63,153 nucleotides of DNA, filler included, from Hyphochytrium catenoides (GCA_900088475.1; 13 parts of 13 records of this genome joined end to end with filler, not necessarily neighbours in it); one strand, 5' to 3'. Counted from the whole stretch's first letter, positions 35,901 to 49,351 are shown. The notes: generated from the sequence alone by a model not told the origin. Made by a program: numbers and translations.

Positions 35901-37000
35901 CCCCACAATATATCGCCTATGGAGCTTGAACAGATCGCAGTTGTTGTGCATCTGATAGAAGACACCTTGCTTGCCGTCACGTAACGTAGGACTTGCGAAG
36001 AGAACATCCTGGTCCTCCTCCAAGAACTCCGTCAGTAGTAGTTCCCTTCCTTGAGTCCGGTCGCGCTTGATTGTCTGCGCCTCCACCCTGGCGCCAGCTC
36101 CATGATGTCTCAGTGCGTAGTAAATCCTCAATTTGTGAGCAGTTGTAGATCGCACTCCAAGCAGAGTAGAGTCGACGCTGACAGGTGGTAGGTAGAGAGC
36201 AATTAAGGAGCTCATCTGCAACCTATCGCCAGGCTTCTCCAGAGTCTGAAAGGAAAGACCTTGCAGATGGGCTCCTACTCCCGCTGGTGGTGCTTCGACG
36301 GCGGATATAGAATCCAACAGCAGTTCATTGTCAACGCCGTCATCAGCCAGCGAGCCAGATCTTCTATAAGACTTCTTAACCTCAAAAAATAAGACCTGAA
36401 GAGCTTTAGCAGGATTTTCTGCTGGCTGAGTTTCCTTCATCGCCTTCTTCTCTAGCTTTTCGTGGATTAGTCTCGATAGATCCCGCTTTGATACTAAGAA
36501 GTTCATCCCTTGGTAACCTCAGCTCAGCATCCGTCGTGGCCCCATCGTCATCTACTAGTTCTTGTTCGTCTCCTTTACCACTTATGGCCAAGCTTCACTC
36601 CTTCATCATTGAACCCAAGCAAGGCACGGCCGTGTTTGACCTGCCATGGATATCCATAGTAGTCCTTGGCTGCCTTCGTCTTCCACATCTCACAGGGGGA
36701 TCTCCCTTCTTCGTATTAACGGGCGGCGTAAGGGAAGGTTTGTCTAGATCGACGCACTGATATAGACGGCCTTCCCACACACTATCATCCGCAGCTGAGG
36801 ACTCAGCAGCTGAGGGCTCCTCCCTTGCAGTGCAGTCACCTTCCAAGAGAAAGATCGATCCCGCAATTGCTCCCCGCTCCGGAAGGTTGTAGCTCCTCTG
36901 GCCAATCCACCGACCAGGAGAAGACAGCTGAAGGCAATCTTGCTGTGTATCAGACTGTTGTTCGCTGCCGAAGGAACTCCATGCAGTGATCATCATCCAA
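32999..37000 (-). mobile_element. Decayed Sola-type (Sola3-like) DDD transposase pseudogene
   Basis: Frameshifted motifs: CLCDQCAKYGF, IIDHKIKWLPRWHRETQAQYIGKSGI (cf. DWAMKFLP..RESQ..WFGKRGISWH), QSDGAGNH and EAGGGEDRVDQDFA. C-terminal homeodomain-like RFTSEQISFLRQQY...LSEAQIISWFS. Subfamily assignment is from recalled motifs; TIRs not found. Confidence 0.62.
34405..34525. repeat. Inverted repeat, about 45-bp arms with a loop of about 30 nt
   Basis: Left arm TTCTTCGACCTACTGCCGCCAAATAATAGTTCTTGATTCCCT versus right-arm reverse complement TTCTTCGACCTACTGCCGCCAATAAGTAGCCTTGATTCCCT. Confidence 0.85.
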
Positions 37001-38915
37001 AGCTTGTTATCAACCCATCATGGCAGTGTTGTCGGAGGAGCTGCTTCATTAGCAGCTCCAGGGGCGTGGCGAGACAATCTTGACAATATTTTGAGTGTCA
37101 GCGGCACAGGTGATGCCAGTATATCACTTTGGTTGAAGTCCTTCTGGTCAATGCGACGTTTGACCTCCTCCTTGTTGGACATCATCATCATATCATCATA
37201 CGAGAGAGCGTCGCAGGTGGCTTGTTGGCGGCAACGATGATGACAAGTTGTCAGACCAGAGAGAAGAAGAGGAAAAGAAGAATCCTTGGTGTAGATAACG
37301 ACGCTGCTGCCTTACCGAAGTCGGGTCCTCCTCAATTGCTCGTAGGGTTTTGGAGCTGAACCCTATCGTGCTGACGGCAGACGACAAGACAGTTTGCCCT
37401 TACACCTCCATCATAGAACGTCGGAGTCTTCACATGATGGCCTCGATCCAGAGCTCTTGATATGAGAATGGTCTACCATGGACACTGACAGCCTTGGTTG
37501 GCAATCATAACAGTGAAGACGCGGGCCAGGAGGTTAATGCAAGCTCCTTCTCGTCTAGAGTAAGCTCTCCGTGGAAGTGGTTAGACCTTAGACCCGCGGA
37601 GATGAAGCTCTCAGCAATGAATGACTTCCAGTATGCACAGACCGAAGTGACCACCATAAGGGATGGCCCGATTAGCATGAAGATCTCTGGGAGTCCTCAA
37701 ACCTAGCTTCCCAAGAGCCGCGTCTTGCTGACCCGCTGCCGGTGTCTTCCAGTAGGCAAACATTTAGAGCTAACTTTGACGTTGATCCTTAGTTGACTCT
37801 GCTCTAATAAAAGCGGGCAGCTTATGGGAAGGCGCTCAGCTTGCGAGCTCAATGCGCTTGGTACTAGCGAGCGAAAGAGAGAGGAATGGAGCGAGAAACG
37901 CGGAGAGAGAGAGAGAGAGATCTGATGAGATAGGAGCAGTGAAAAAGAAGGAAGAGTGCCAACTAACGATGGCCTGCTGCGCTCTTGAAAGAGGGAAAGG
38001 GATGTCATGAGACACGAAGTTGAGCGTTAGACTCTTCTCCACGAAAAAGAAGAGCTTAACCGTAAGAGGCAGCTTCAATGACAGAGAAACATGCGCTTAA
38101 CCTTTATTGTTGCCCTGCCTGCAAGCCCAAATCTGCCGCTGACGGCCGAACGGGCGTCCTTCCTCTTGAACATTTCCTCTCATGAGTTTAGCGTCAAGAC
38201 CGCTAGACGAGCGGTAAATTTCTTGTAGGCATCTGCTTCTTAGGCAACGTGGCTCTTTGTTGGTCAAGCTTAACCTGCAGAGTCGTCATCCCGGAGACGC
38301 TGTGCCTTTCTGACTTTATCTAGCTCATCATAAGGAGAATGTGATTGTCCGCCAAGGGCCGAGTATGATGGTTCGTGGGCCAGGGCGAAAGGCAAGGCAA
38401 TCAAATTGAAGGCTTGATCGGTTATGGTGACCCACGGAGCCGTCCCTGCAGGTCTCCTCGTCCTCCTTGTCTGCCAGCTTGTCCAACTCTATCGCTTGGG
38501 AAGGCTACCTCTTTCTGAGATGAAAGCCTCAAGGAGAGGAGCATGGGCTACCTTAAGAGTGAGAAAGAGAGGGCGCTGCGATCCGCGCAAGAAGGTAGCA
38601 GATATACACCAGCTTTAATTAAGAGAGAGAGAGACACAGAGCCTTCAACGATGGACGGGCAAGAAAACGAGTATCCTGAAAGGGAGGAAGCACGAACAAG
38701 GGAGGAGAGAAGAGAAAAGCCGAGGAAGACGTTGCACTAGACCGTCTATTGGCAATTGATTGCTATTATACAGATGATCCTGTGCCGCCTAGAGCTAGAG
38801 CAAAGTAACAGATACTAATACAGGCTGAGGAAGAGTCTCCTCTTTAACTCTCTCTCTCTCTCACAAGAATAGTGTACAGAAGTGCCGCTCTTGTCTCTCC
38901 TCTCTCTCTTTGCTC

Positions 38916-38965
<50 letters not shown>

Positions 38966-39149
38966 CGTCCAGCTTGACTCAGCCATTTCATAGTGATACA
39001 TAGACTTTTTGACCCTGCTTTCTCCTCTCTCTATCTCTTCCCGAGATCTCTCCAGAGCGATCAATAGGCGCGATCGCATCTCTCTTCTTAACCCTTCTCA
39101 ATGATAGCAGAGAAAGAAGAGAGAGGGTGTCTCCTCTGTCTGTGACTCT

Positions 39150-41138
39150 TCAGACCAAGCCTCTCACCGGGTCGAGCTCTCGTTCTAACTGAGGGACGAG
39201 AGCCGTGCGAGGGAGGATGCGCTTGCGGAGCCCCATCAAGCTGACGTTAGGGGATACCACTCCTTCCTCTTCTTTCTCTTCCTTTTCTCCTCTCCCGTTC
39301 TCTCTTGCCTCTCCTCTCTCTCTTCTATCAGTCCTCCCGTCTTCTCTTTTGTTCCTGCCACCGTCTTCCTCCTCTTTTGAGGAAACAAGTGACAACGCGA
39401 CATTGCTTTTGCTGCTTCCTTGGTGATCACTTTCGGAGAGAGAGAGAAGGACCTCTCGCTCAGTTAACCCTCTCTCTCCTTCCTTGGGAATCCCTGCCAC
39501 AGAATTGTTGCTGCTGCTTTCCTCGACATCGTCCTCAGAGAGAGAAACAGGAAAACGACTCCCTCCTTTGGCAGTTCCTCTCTCCTCTTCCCCTCCGCCA
39601 GCCAGAGAAGAAGAGAGACTGCTGTTGCTCTCTGTTTCTGAGCTGCCACTGCTCAGTCTCCCAGATCTGGACGAGGTATGTTCCCGGATCTTGTCCTTAA
39701 TGTCCTCCTTTATCATGGATATATCCTGGGTGATCTCCGCTCTGACATCAGGAAGCGCCGTCGTCAGTCTTGTCATGCCCAAAGCTACTGTCCGCGTATT
39801 ATCTTGGGCTATCCTGAAGATCTTGAGGACATACTCTTTCTTTGCGTCAAACTCAAAGCGCGAAGCACGCTGAAGCGCTGTATACAGTGACTGTCCGAAG
39901 GTGAAGAGCGTCTCTTTCACGCCTTCAGACAAGAAAGAGAGAGGAAAAGCCACTGTGGAGAGAAGGCTTCGAAGGAGAGAAGTTAGCAGAAGCAATGCTG
40001 TGGAGAGAGCGCGGAAGAGAGGAGCAAATGGTCCACGTATGACGCTCCACGCGTAGGTCACTGGCTCTAAAAAGTGCCGGACCAGGTCTCTCACGGGCTG
40101 GAAGACGATGCGCAAGAAGAGAAGAGAGGCGTCCTTCACACCAGCAAAGAGAGAGACCAGCGGTGTCCCCAGCTGCCTGACCAGCAAGAGAAAGAGGTCT
40201 CCCAGCTGCGTGACGGCTGAATAGACGGGGCTCTTCATCAACCTGATGGCGGAGAGAGAGGAAGAGAAACACTGCTGCAGGACAGGCCAGAAGGGACCCC
40301 ACATGGAGACAAACAGGACTTGAAGAGGATCCAAATAGCTCTCTAACAACGCTCCGGCAGTGTTCATAAAGCTCTCAATCACGTCGTAGAAGACACCCAA
40401 GAGAGGAGAGAGGAACTGGTGCAGCTTCTCTCTAAAGTAGGTGATAAGATGGCGGAAGAGAGAGAAGTGCTGATGGAGCTGCCATAGACCCCAGACGACG
40501 GAGAAGAGAGTCCAGCAGAAGAGAAGAGTCTGGATGCCTTGTCTCCAGAAGGGAGAATATCCAGGAAACCAGGGTCCCCAGGAGGGAAGACCTTTCTTTA
40601 TCTTCTGTCTCCCTCTTGCTTTATACGCTTTGATGCTCTCGATCACCTCCTGAAGGTTCCCCAGCTCTTCTAGGTTTACATAGGAAACAACCAACCTTGT
40701 GCTCCACTGCTTGCCGTTGAGAGAGAGAGAGAGAGGCTGTTGGAGCTCCACGGTGAACTTGGAGCGAAGAGGAAGGTAAGAGGTGCCCTCGCTTAGCCCC
40801 TGCATCTGCAGGTCAATCCCTGTGATGTTGCTCATCTCAATCCTGAACCTTGACAATCATTGAGAGACGAGACAGAAGTGAATGTACCGTCAGATGTCGT
40901 GGAAAAGGACTTTCTTCTCTCTTCTCTCTTTTCTCTTCTCTTTCCCTCTTCCCCTTCCTCTCAATTCTCGATAACCTTTCTCTCTGAAAACCTTTCTGCT
41001 CTTTTCTAATCTCCTTCGCGTGGACTTGCAGTTTGCTCAAGAAATTCTTCGTCTTCCCCTTTCTCAGTCTTCCCATTACTTATTACTCCCTGTCTCTCTT
41101 CCTCTCCTCCTTCTGGGTCCCTCTCCCTAACTCTCCCT

Positions 41139-41174
<36 letters not shown>

Positions 41175-41393
41175 CTCCCTACCTGAGAGGCGCCTGTTGG
41201 TCCTTCTCCTCTCTCCTCGCTCTGCTCAGCGGCCAGAACCTTGTCCTCTGGACGACGGGCATCTCCCAGACCACAGCGTCAATGCCGCGGGTCAGCACGC
41301 CTTCCTGGCAAGGGAGCCGATGACGGCCGAAGCTGACCTCAGAGCAACGCGTCTCTGCTGTCACCTGCTGCCGAGCATTGCGCATGACAGACC

Positions 41394-41480
<87 letters not shown>

Positions 41481-42288
41481 GGTGAGAATGTAGAGCCATC
41501 AGCGAGAGTAGCAGAAAAGAGAAAGAGAAGGAGAGAGGGCCAAGGGTGAGTCAAGAGCAACAAAGCAACAAAGGAGGGAGAAGACTAGAGAACGAGGTCG
41601 TTCGAGGAAGAAGAAGCGGCTTCGTGAAGAGAGAACGGAAAGAAGAAGCAAGAAGCCACTTTGAATGCAGTTGTAACTCTCAAGAGAGAGAAGGGGAGAG
41701 AGAGAGAGAGAGGCCCAAAATCACGCCAACATCGTACGAGTACCTTCTTCCTCTGACAGCATTGGTCAGTGAGACCTCACTGTCATCTAAGGAGAGAGAG
41801 AAGGAAGGAGACATCATGGCGCTTCTCTCTCTCTCTCTCTTGACACCACCACCACCATTAGCAGAACCTAGAGAAAAGGAGAGAGGAATCTTTCCTTCTC
41901 CTCCCTCTTCCCCATCCCCCGCTACCGCCTCGTAATACATCTCCACGCTCTTGGATGGTGTCCTAGCAGTGCTTCGCCTTCTCCGACAACGGGGAGAAGA
42001 GGAGAGACGCTGTCGGGAGAGAGACGAGGGAGAAGGAAGGACAAACTCGGCATAGTCTCCGCTGTGTCTCTGTTGCTCTTCTTCATGGGAGAAGCGCCGA
42101 TGGCGAGAGGGAGAAGGAGGATATTGCTGAGAAGGAATGGCAAAGTGACTTAGCTCTCCGCTGTGTCTCTTCCTCTTTGGCGAGCTTGGTAATTTCATCT
42201 CTCTCTCTCTCTCTCTCTCTCTCCCTCTTCTCTGATCGCCTTGTCTCTCTTGCGGACCGTCCCCGTCGTAATTAGCTACTGCCGCCAA
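39150..42288 (-). CDS. Hypothetical membrane protein, 3 exons
   Basis: 568-aa stop-free terminal exon (39150-about 40850) with TM segment TLLFCWTLFSVVWGLWQL and long amphipathic helices. Upstream exons 42288-41744 and 41392-41184 join in frame via GT-AG introns. Confidence 0.6.
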
Positions 42289-43719
42289 GCGACTGGTAGA
42301 GAAGAGAGAGCAAGCTGGTTATTAGAGAAGTCATTGCCCCAGTTTCCTCTTCTCTCTCTCTTCATCGTCCTCCTGGAAATGACCGTTCTCTCTCGTCTAT
42401 TATGGGTTGACCACTCTTTCTTCTCTTTCTCCTCTCTCTCCCAAGTCTTCTGGAATGGAAGCGAGAGAGAGAAATAGTTCCTACCGTCTCAGAGAGAGAG
42501 CGTCTCAGGGAAGAGAGAGATGACGAAGAACGGAGAAGAGGTTCTGCCACGCGGAAAGTCCTCACTCATCAAAAACGGGAGATAACTGTTCTGTCGGACT
42601 AAGCTATAGTGTGAAGTAACTTACCCCGACANNNNNNNNNNNNNNNNNNNNNNNNNNNNNNNNNNNNNNNNNNNNTTAATTAATTAANNNNNNNNNNNNN
42701 NNNNNNNNNNNNNNNNNNNNNNNNNNNNNNNGTGAGGGAGTGAGAGGTAGACTAAGAAAGCCTTTGTTGAGAAGGATTCCACTATTGCTGCCTGCTGTGA
42801 TTGCCGCAGTCAACCCACCTTCGTAGCATGTATCTTCTGTTTGACTAGCAGCTCTTCTTCTCTGGCTTCCTTCCCCTTCCAGCAGCTGCTAGTATCACAC
42901 TAAGAAGTAGCTTTTTCCTCTTCTTAGAAAGCACCACCGCCTTGATGGATGTCCCAGCAGGGCAGCAACGCCAATTATTGCAGGACCAGGCTAGGCTACC
43001 CGTTCCCATCATCGCCATACTAGCAGCCCTGCTATCGTTTTCTGGTCATCGTCGTCTCCTTCTCCTCACTCTGTTGTTGCTGCTGAAATGACATCATCCG
43101 CCTTCCTGAAAGCATCAGCAGCACCCTAATCACAACCATCATGAATCCTGTCGAATGAGCACCACCACCACCATAGGGTTGAAAGAAGAACAACGAAGAA
43201 GTAGATTAGCCAATGCCATCATCTACGCCGATCAAACGTCCCTTCTTCTGGTCGGTAGTAGTGAGCGACCATCGCTCCTGGTGGTGAGAGAAAAGACTTC
43301 TTCTACCTGCATCCACCCTGACCAAAAACGCAATGTCATCAACCCACACAATACCACAAGAAGGCATGACGGCGAGACGCCTGTGAACACAGTCAAAGTC
43401 TCCAACAAGCTCTGTGAACCAAAAAATACCAGCTTCTGTGAGAACAGACCGAAAAGTGACAGGTCACTCTTTGGGGACCTGGCTAGACAGCAGAATACCA
43501 CAAAAGTGTGCTGTCAGGTTGGAAAGGACATCTAAATACCTGCAAAAGAATCTTGGGAGACGTTCGTACACGATTTTTACCTGAAACTGGAGTTTTAGAA
43601 CTGTAAATTACCCTAAAATGACTCTCAGGAGTTTGCTTTATACAGATTTTTACCCGGCAAATACTACACTTTACTTTGTTTTTACAGTAAAGTACCACGA
43701 TTACTGATTTTACAGTGTT

Positions 43720-43828
43720 TAGAAGTCCTTTAACTTGATCGGCACGATTGTTGCTTGGCGCGAAGATCAACAGGTCGTCTACGGAAAGTCGACACGATGG
43801 TCGGCTTGCCATCCTCCCCGGACCTGTT
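43720..43828 (-). mobile_element. Copia reverse transcriptase fragment
   Basis: VDDLLIFAPSNNRADQVKGLL is the Copia (Y)VDDLL catalytic motif, frameshifted just upstream. Confidence 0.7.
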
Positions 43829-43955
43829 NNNNNNNNNNNNNNNNNNNNNNNNNNNNNNNNNNNNNNNNNNNNTTAATTAATTAANNNNNNNNNNNNNNNN
43901 NNNNNNNNNNNNNNNNNNNNNNNNNNNNATAAAATAACGAAAAGGAAAGAAAGAA

Positions 43956-43996
<41 letters not shown>

Positions 43997-44079
43997 GCCG
44001 CAAAAAGCACACTTTTGACAAGGATTAGAAGGGGCACCACTGTCTTCTCTCTGTCTCTCTCTGTCTCTCTCTTTCTTAC

Positions 44080-44218
44080 CGCGTCGACTCCATCAAAAAC
44101 TCGCTTGAAGTCTAGAATCTGTTTCCTTCGAATTTCATCGTTGCCTTGGCCGGGCTGCAGGCCCTCGGGATACATATCCACCAGGTCTCCGCACACTACC
44201 ACAAACTTAGGCTTGAGA

Positions 44219-44257
<39 letters not shown>

Positions 44258-44974
44258 CGTTAGAAAAACGTAGAGAGATGGGAGAGAAATGAGAAAGAGA
44301 GAGAGGGAGAGAGAAGACATCCAAGACTAAAAGGAGCAGAGAGTCTGCGCGGAAGAAAGAGAGAGGAACAAGAAGAGCCATGACAAAGAGAGAAAAAGAG
44401 GAGAAAGAGAGAGAAAGAGGGAACGAGAACTAAGCGGTAGACCTAGGGCGGGGAATGAGAAAGAAGAGAAATGGGAGAGAGCGCAAGAGAGAGACAGTGA
44501 AAGAAGAGAGACAAAGGAATGACTACGAGAGAGAGAGAGTGAGAGAGAGAGAGAGAGAAGAGAAGAGACATACATATTTATGTGCCTTACGGCCTTTTCA
44601 GCCAACTCCATGTCTTTCTCCCAAGAGGCGTTTGCCTCCAGCATCCCAAACTGCGTATCTCCCAGCTGAATAAAGAAGAAAGGGCCTTGCCACTCTCTCT
44701 CTCTCTCCTCAGGAAAATCTCTGTGTGTCCGAGAATGTGCCGCGCTCCAGCGAGAGAGAGAGAGAGAGGAAGACTCTCTCTTCTCCTCCCTCTTCTCTTC
44801 CTCTCCGGTCTTTCTCTCTTTGTGGAAGGAGCGGGTACGAGGGCGAGAGGCGTTCATTGGGGAAGAGAGAAAAGAGAGAGAGGAAGACCGAGGCTTTTTT
44901 CTTTTTGGCACTGTGCGCCCGTCTCTCTTTACAGAGCTTTCTTCCTGTAACATCTCTCTCTTCTCCCTCGCCAT
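44080..44974 (-). CDS. CPPED1: Calcineurin-like Ser/Thr phosphoesterase CPPED1, 5' exons (3' lost at contig end)
   Basis: WQGPFFFIQLGDTQFGM...MELAEKAVRHIN | PKFVVVCGDLVD...QILDFKRVF. Confidence 0.85.
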
Positions 44975-45409
44975 CAGGAGAGAGAGAGAGCGAGTGGCAC
45001 GGAGAGAACGCCGCAGATGTTTGTATGGGTCTCTGTGTGTGAGAGCGAGAGAGAGAGAGAGAGAGAGAGAGAAAGAAAGAGAGAGAGAGAGAGAGAGAGA
45101 GGGAAAGAGAAGAGAGACGAGAGACAGAGTGGGGATGATAAAGAGTGGCGAAGAGAGAAGAGGCTGACGGAGACGGAGATTATCCTTCCTATTATCTAAT
45201 TCATTCTAGGGAGGTCAAGCGCAGCACCAAGCAAGCTCCATCTTCTCCAGTAAAAAAGGGACTCTCTCTCTTCTCTCTCTCTCTCTCTCCCGTCTGATGC
45301 ATGCTCGCGGTCTTGTCGTTTCTACGTTGTCTCTGTTCTGCTCGAGACTCTACTTCTCTCTCTTCTTTTGAGCTTGCACCAGAAATAAGGGAGGGAGAGA
45401 GACAGAGCG

Positions 45410-45448
<39 letters not shown>

Positions 45449-46879
45449 TTGTGTTNNNNNNNNNNNNNNNNNNNNNNNNNNNNNNNNNNNNNNNNNNNNT
45501 TAATTAATTAANNNNNNNNNNNNNNNNNNNNNNNNNNNNNNNNNNNNNNNNNNNNATCTTCAGCGTAGTCTATCTCCTCTTCTGAGCTCTTCCATGTGGC
45601 CGGTTGTACAATCCTAAGAGTTAGCCACCCTTGGCTGATTCGTCCTGTTGAATTGCCTTTCCTATTTGTTCTGAGGCGGTTCCTTACCCAATCTTTTCTT
45701 GCGGGTCAAGAAGCCGCTTGGGGTTTACTTGCTGTGCTGCTACTGCTACGGGAGGATAGGATAGGAGAGAGAATGAGAGGGAGAGCAAGATGAGGGGAGA
45801 GGGGAGAGCAAGATGAGGAAATAGGGGAGAGAGACGGCAGAGATAAAGGAGAGGGGGAGGAGAGAGGAGACTGCAGATTGTACAAGATTCGTCCTCGGAA
45901 GAGTACTCCTCCTCCGCCGTAGTGGATTATTAGCAGCGTTGTTGACGAGAACAGTCCGAGGGTACCCCTTGATGACTTCAGAAGACGACGACTCTCATCC
46001 ATCTGTAGAAGAAGGCTTTAATCAAAAATGTGAATGAAGAGTTTGAACACTGATGATGAGCTGACAAAACAGGTTCTGTGCTTTATCATCGATCGATTAG
46101 AAGAAGATCCTCTCTTCTGCCTTACAATATCTTGAACAAGAAGAGAGAAAGGAAGTGGAGATTTTTAGCTACTTGCCCCCTATATAGTATGACAGGCAAT
46201 GCCGAAGCGGTGATGATATTCGTTCGTCGCAGAAACCGAAAGCGATAGAACAATTCAAGAAGGGAGAGAAATTGACGAGTACTCTCTCTCTCTCACACTT
46301 TCCCTCCCTCTCTTTCTCTCTTCTTTTCTTGTTCCTTTTCTCAAGAAATACCGCACCTTTCTCTCCTTCATTCTCTCGTCATCTTGGTCCCAGTCTATCC
46401 ACGCTTAGTACGTTGACTTTTTTCGGAGGGACGGAGAAAGACGTCGAAGCGAGAGAGGGAATGCCACGTATACGGAAAAGCATTGGAGGTAAAGGCGTTG
46501 TGTCTCCGTTGTTATCCAAGCCAGGCGCATACATGCTTCAGGCGTCAGCTTCCGCTGCTTCTGGTCGCCAGACCCTCTCTACTCTCCTTGGCAGAGTGAA
46601 AGAATTGAGGAATGAAGGAAGAGAAGAGGCCAACAACCAGGAGGAAGAGAGGAAGATGGAGGTGAAAGGGATAGACATAGTGAGAACGTGACGGGAACAT
46701 GGAGGTAGATAGACGGGAGACAATGAACGTTTGTACCGTAATAGAGAGTGGAGGTAGCCGCCGCAGATCCTAGTGCATANNNNNNNNNNNNNNNNNNNNN
46801 NNNNNNNNNNNNNNNNNNNNNNNTTAATTAATTAANNNNNNNNNNNNNNNNNNNNNNNNNNNNNNNNNNNNNNNNNNNN

Positions 46880-47682
46880 ACCTTACTCGAGGTGCTCAAG
46901 CTCGGAGCAACCCTCTCGGCTGTTCTAGTGTTTCTAAGTCCGGTACCTACAATAAAGCAAATCAAGCTAAGGAGAGCTACAGGAGAGCTACCAGTGGTAC
47001 CTTACGTTGCTATGGGCCTTAACTGTAGCATGTGGTACGTATTGCTAGACGGGTACATGAGGGACTGCTACTGGAAAGCCAATGGTATGAGTTATCAAGT
47101 GGCTCAAAGAAAATCTTACCACTATGTGTCTCTTGCATTAGGTTAATCTATGGTGCGTTACTGGGCAACCTCTTTCCCCTAGGCTTGACAAACCTTATCG
47201 GCGCCCTTTGCAGTTCATACTACATAGTCCAGTATTACCTTTGCTGCCCAAATAAGCAGTACACCCTCAAGTACGTGGGAGGAGCTCTTGGTATATTGGC
47301 CTGCACCATACTCTACATATGCTTTTCAGTCGACAGTCCAACTGCTATTGTGAACCATGTCGGATACCTTGGTTGCCTTATATGCGTGGCAATGTTCGGT
47401 GCACCTTTGGTGACGTTGCAGACGGTGCTGAAGTCAAAGAGCACGTCTTCCATGTCTTTCCAGCTTACTGCAGCCAATACCTTGTGTAGCTCTCTGTGGT
47501 TCCTGTATGGGGTCACAATTAGCGATTCCTTCATCTGGGCTCCGAATGCGGCAGGGCTCAGTCTCAACCTCGTTCAGCTGGCACTTTTTGCAAAGTTTGG
47601 CCGGGCGCAACCAAGCAAGTACAGTAAGTTGGATTTACAGACTCCGACACCGATGAAATCCAGCACTGCTGAGAGAGTGTGA
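46880..47682 (+). CDS. SWEET: SWEET (MtN3/saliva) sugar transporter, 5' truncated, one intron (about 47036-47141)
   Basis: FLSPVPTIKQI...PYVAMGLNCSMW|LIYG...TNLIG, MFGAPLVTLQTVLKSKSTSSMSF, WFLYG...FIWAPNAAGL. Confidence 0.93.
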
Positions 47683-48942
47683 GGAATCTCTACATGGCTA
47701 AGGAAAGGAATGAGTGCATGTCGCATAAGCCTTGTTGCTCTTACTTTGCAAGTCAGACTAGAGTGCTGGCAAAGCTCTTGGCCTTGGGTCGTTTTGGGTG
47801 ATCACCGTCGTTCGGAGAACGGAGTTATCTAGTGAAAGTTCGAATCTATTCAGTTCAGCTTTCCCAACTTGCCCCTCAGATATACCACACAAGGGGCCTC
47901 ATGGCTGGATTTGCTTGGATAGGCAGTCTCTTACTTGGAGGCTCTACAGGGGCTCACCGATCGCGTGTTCTTGGCAGTCGGGCTTTGAAGTCTGTCACTG
48001 AGATGACCAGCTTAGGTCGTCAATCGTATTCTTCCAGGGCCATTTTGTGAGTCTATAATATATGGTTCCAATTATGTCTTATATAACCGTGGAGACAACA
48101 ACTAATGGGTTCACCCGATACGGCACATAAATAGCAATAAATAACTCAATAAATAACTTTTGTTGGCCCGGCCGTCGCAGAAAGAAATACGATATCGTTG
48201 GCGCGATGAAAAATGCCGGGAAGGTTTGGCTTCAGTGCCCCAAGTGGCAAGCACACCGCTCGGGCAAAAAGTAGAAAAGAATACGGGAAGGGGAGTTCTA
48301 GGTCCTTTCGTAGGGACAGTGGGTTCATCGGACAGAGCCAAATCAAACTGGTGCCGGAAGTCGTGTCACTGGTATCAGAATAGGGGCTTAGAGCAACTAC
48401 ATTGCAGCACTGAAAGAGCTTGAACCCCAGTTGAGAGACTCCGCATACCAGAAAGAGAAATTACGGTCCAACTTACGAAGACAGGTATGCCACCGCTACA
48501 TGGAGTTATGAGAGCACTGCCGTGAGCGATAATAAGGGCAAAAACTTCTAGGTCCATTCAGTGGAACTATGCAGCCAGCTTCAAACATCGAAGGATCCCG
48601 TAACCAGACTGTTGTGCCGTGCTATAGAAAAGGGAGGGTTGAGCTATGGAATCCCTACGTTGAGAGCTCCTTTGCGAAGGATGGTGAGAGGAAAGAACTT
48701 CTAGGTCCTTTCAGTAGGGACTATGCAGTCATCTGGGAAAAAGTCGAAGGAGCTGGTGCAGGAGACTGTATCTGTCGTATCAGAAGAGGGGCTTCGAGGG
48801 AGGACCAAAGCTTTACTGAACTTGCCCTGAAGTTCAGAGACTNNNNNNNNNNNNNNNNNNNNNNNNNNNNNNNNNNNNNNNNNNNNTTAATTAATTAANN
48901 NNNNNNNNNNNNNNNNNNNNNNNNNNNNNNNNNNNNNNNNNN

Positions 48943-49219
48943 CCATGCAGATTATATGATGAAGGCAGAGCAGGTCCTGCAAGCCGTTGACATGCTGGAA
49001 CACGTCTATTCGCTTGCTGCGGGACGGTATGGCTCTTTCTTTACTTTTTTTGCCGCCATTTTAGCGCTGACGTTACCCTGAACCCTCTTTGCCTTCAGAA
49101 ATATTTCGTTGCTGGTGTTGGGATTCGCATTGGCTTTTCTCTACGGTCACATTAGAGCAGTGCAAAAGGCACGGACAACGGCGATAGCTTTCTATAAGGA
49201 AACGAAGCTCACAGTCTGA
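48943..49219 (+). CDS. 3' end of an unknown gene with a C-terminal TM helix
   Basis: ..LEHVYSLAAGR|NISLLVLGFALAFLYGHIRAVQKARTTAIAFYKETKLTV*, with a GT-AG intron at about 49027-49098. Confidence 0.35.
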
Positions 49220-49351
49220 TCAACAATAACAATGTGACCTATTGATTTATGTAGCATAAAGGTCCATTTCGATAAAAAGCATGTCCAAATGGCATTAGTA
49301 GTTAAACCCGGCATAGCCTTATGCCGTAGGCACTTTTGAAAGGCCAGTGAT

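Noticed and set aside
37700-38800. Short ORFs between the Sola-like relic and the membrane-protein gene; possible TIR
   Set aside because: No consistent exon structure, and no matching inverted terminus was found near 32.7-33 kb.
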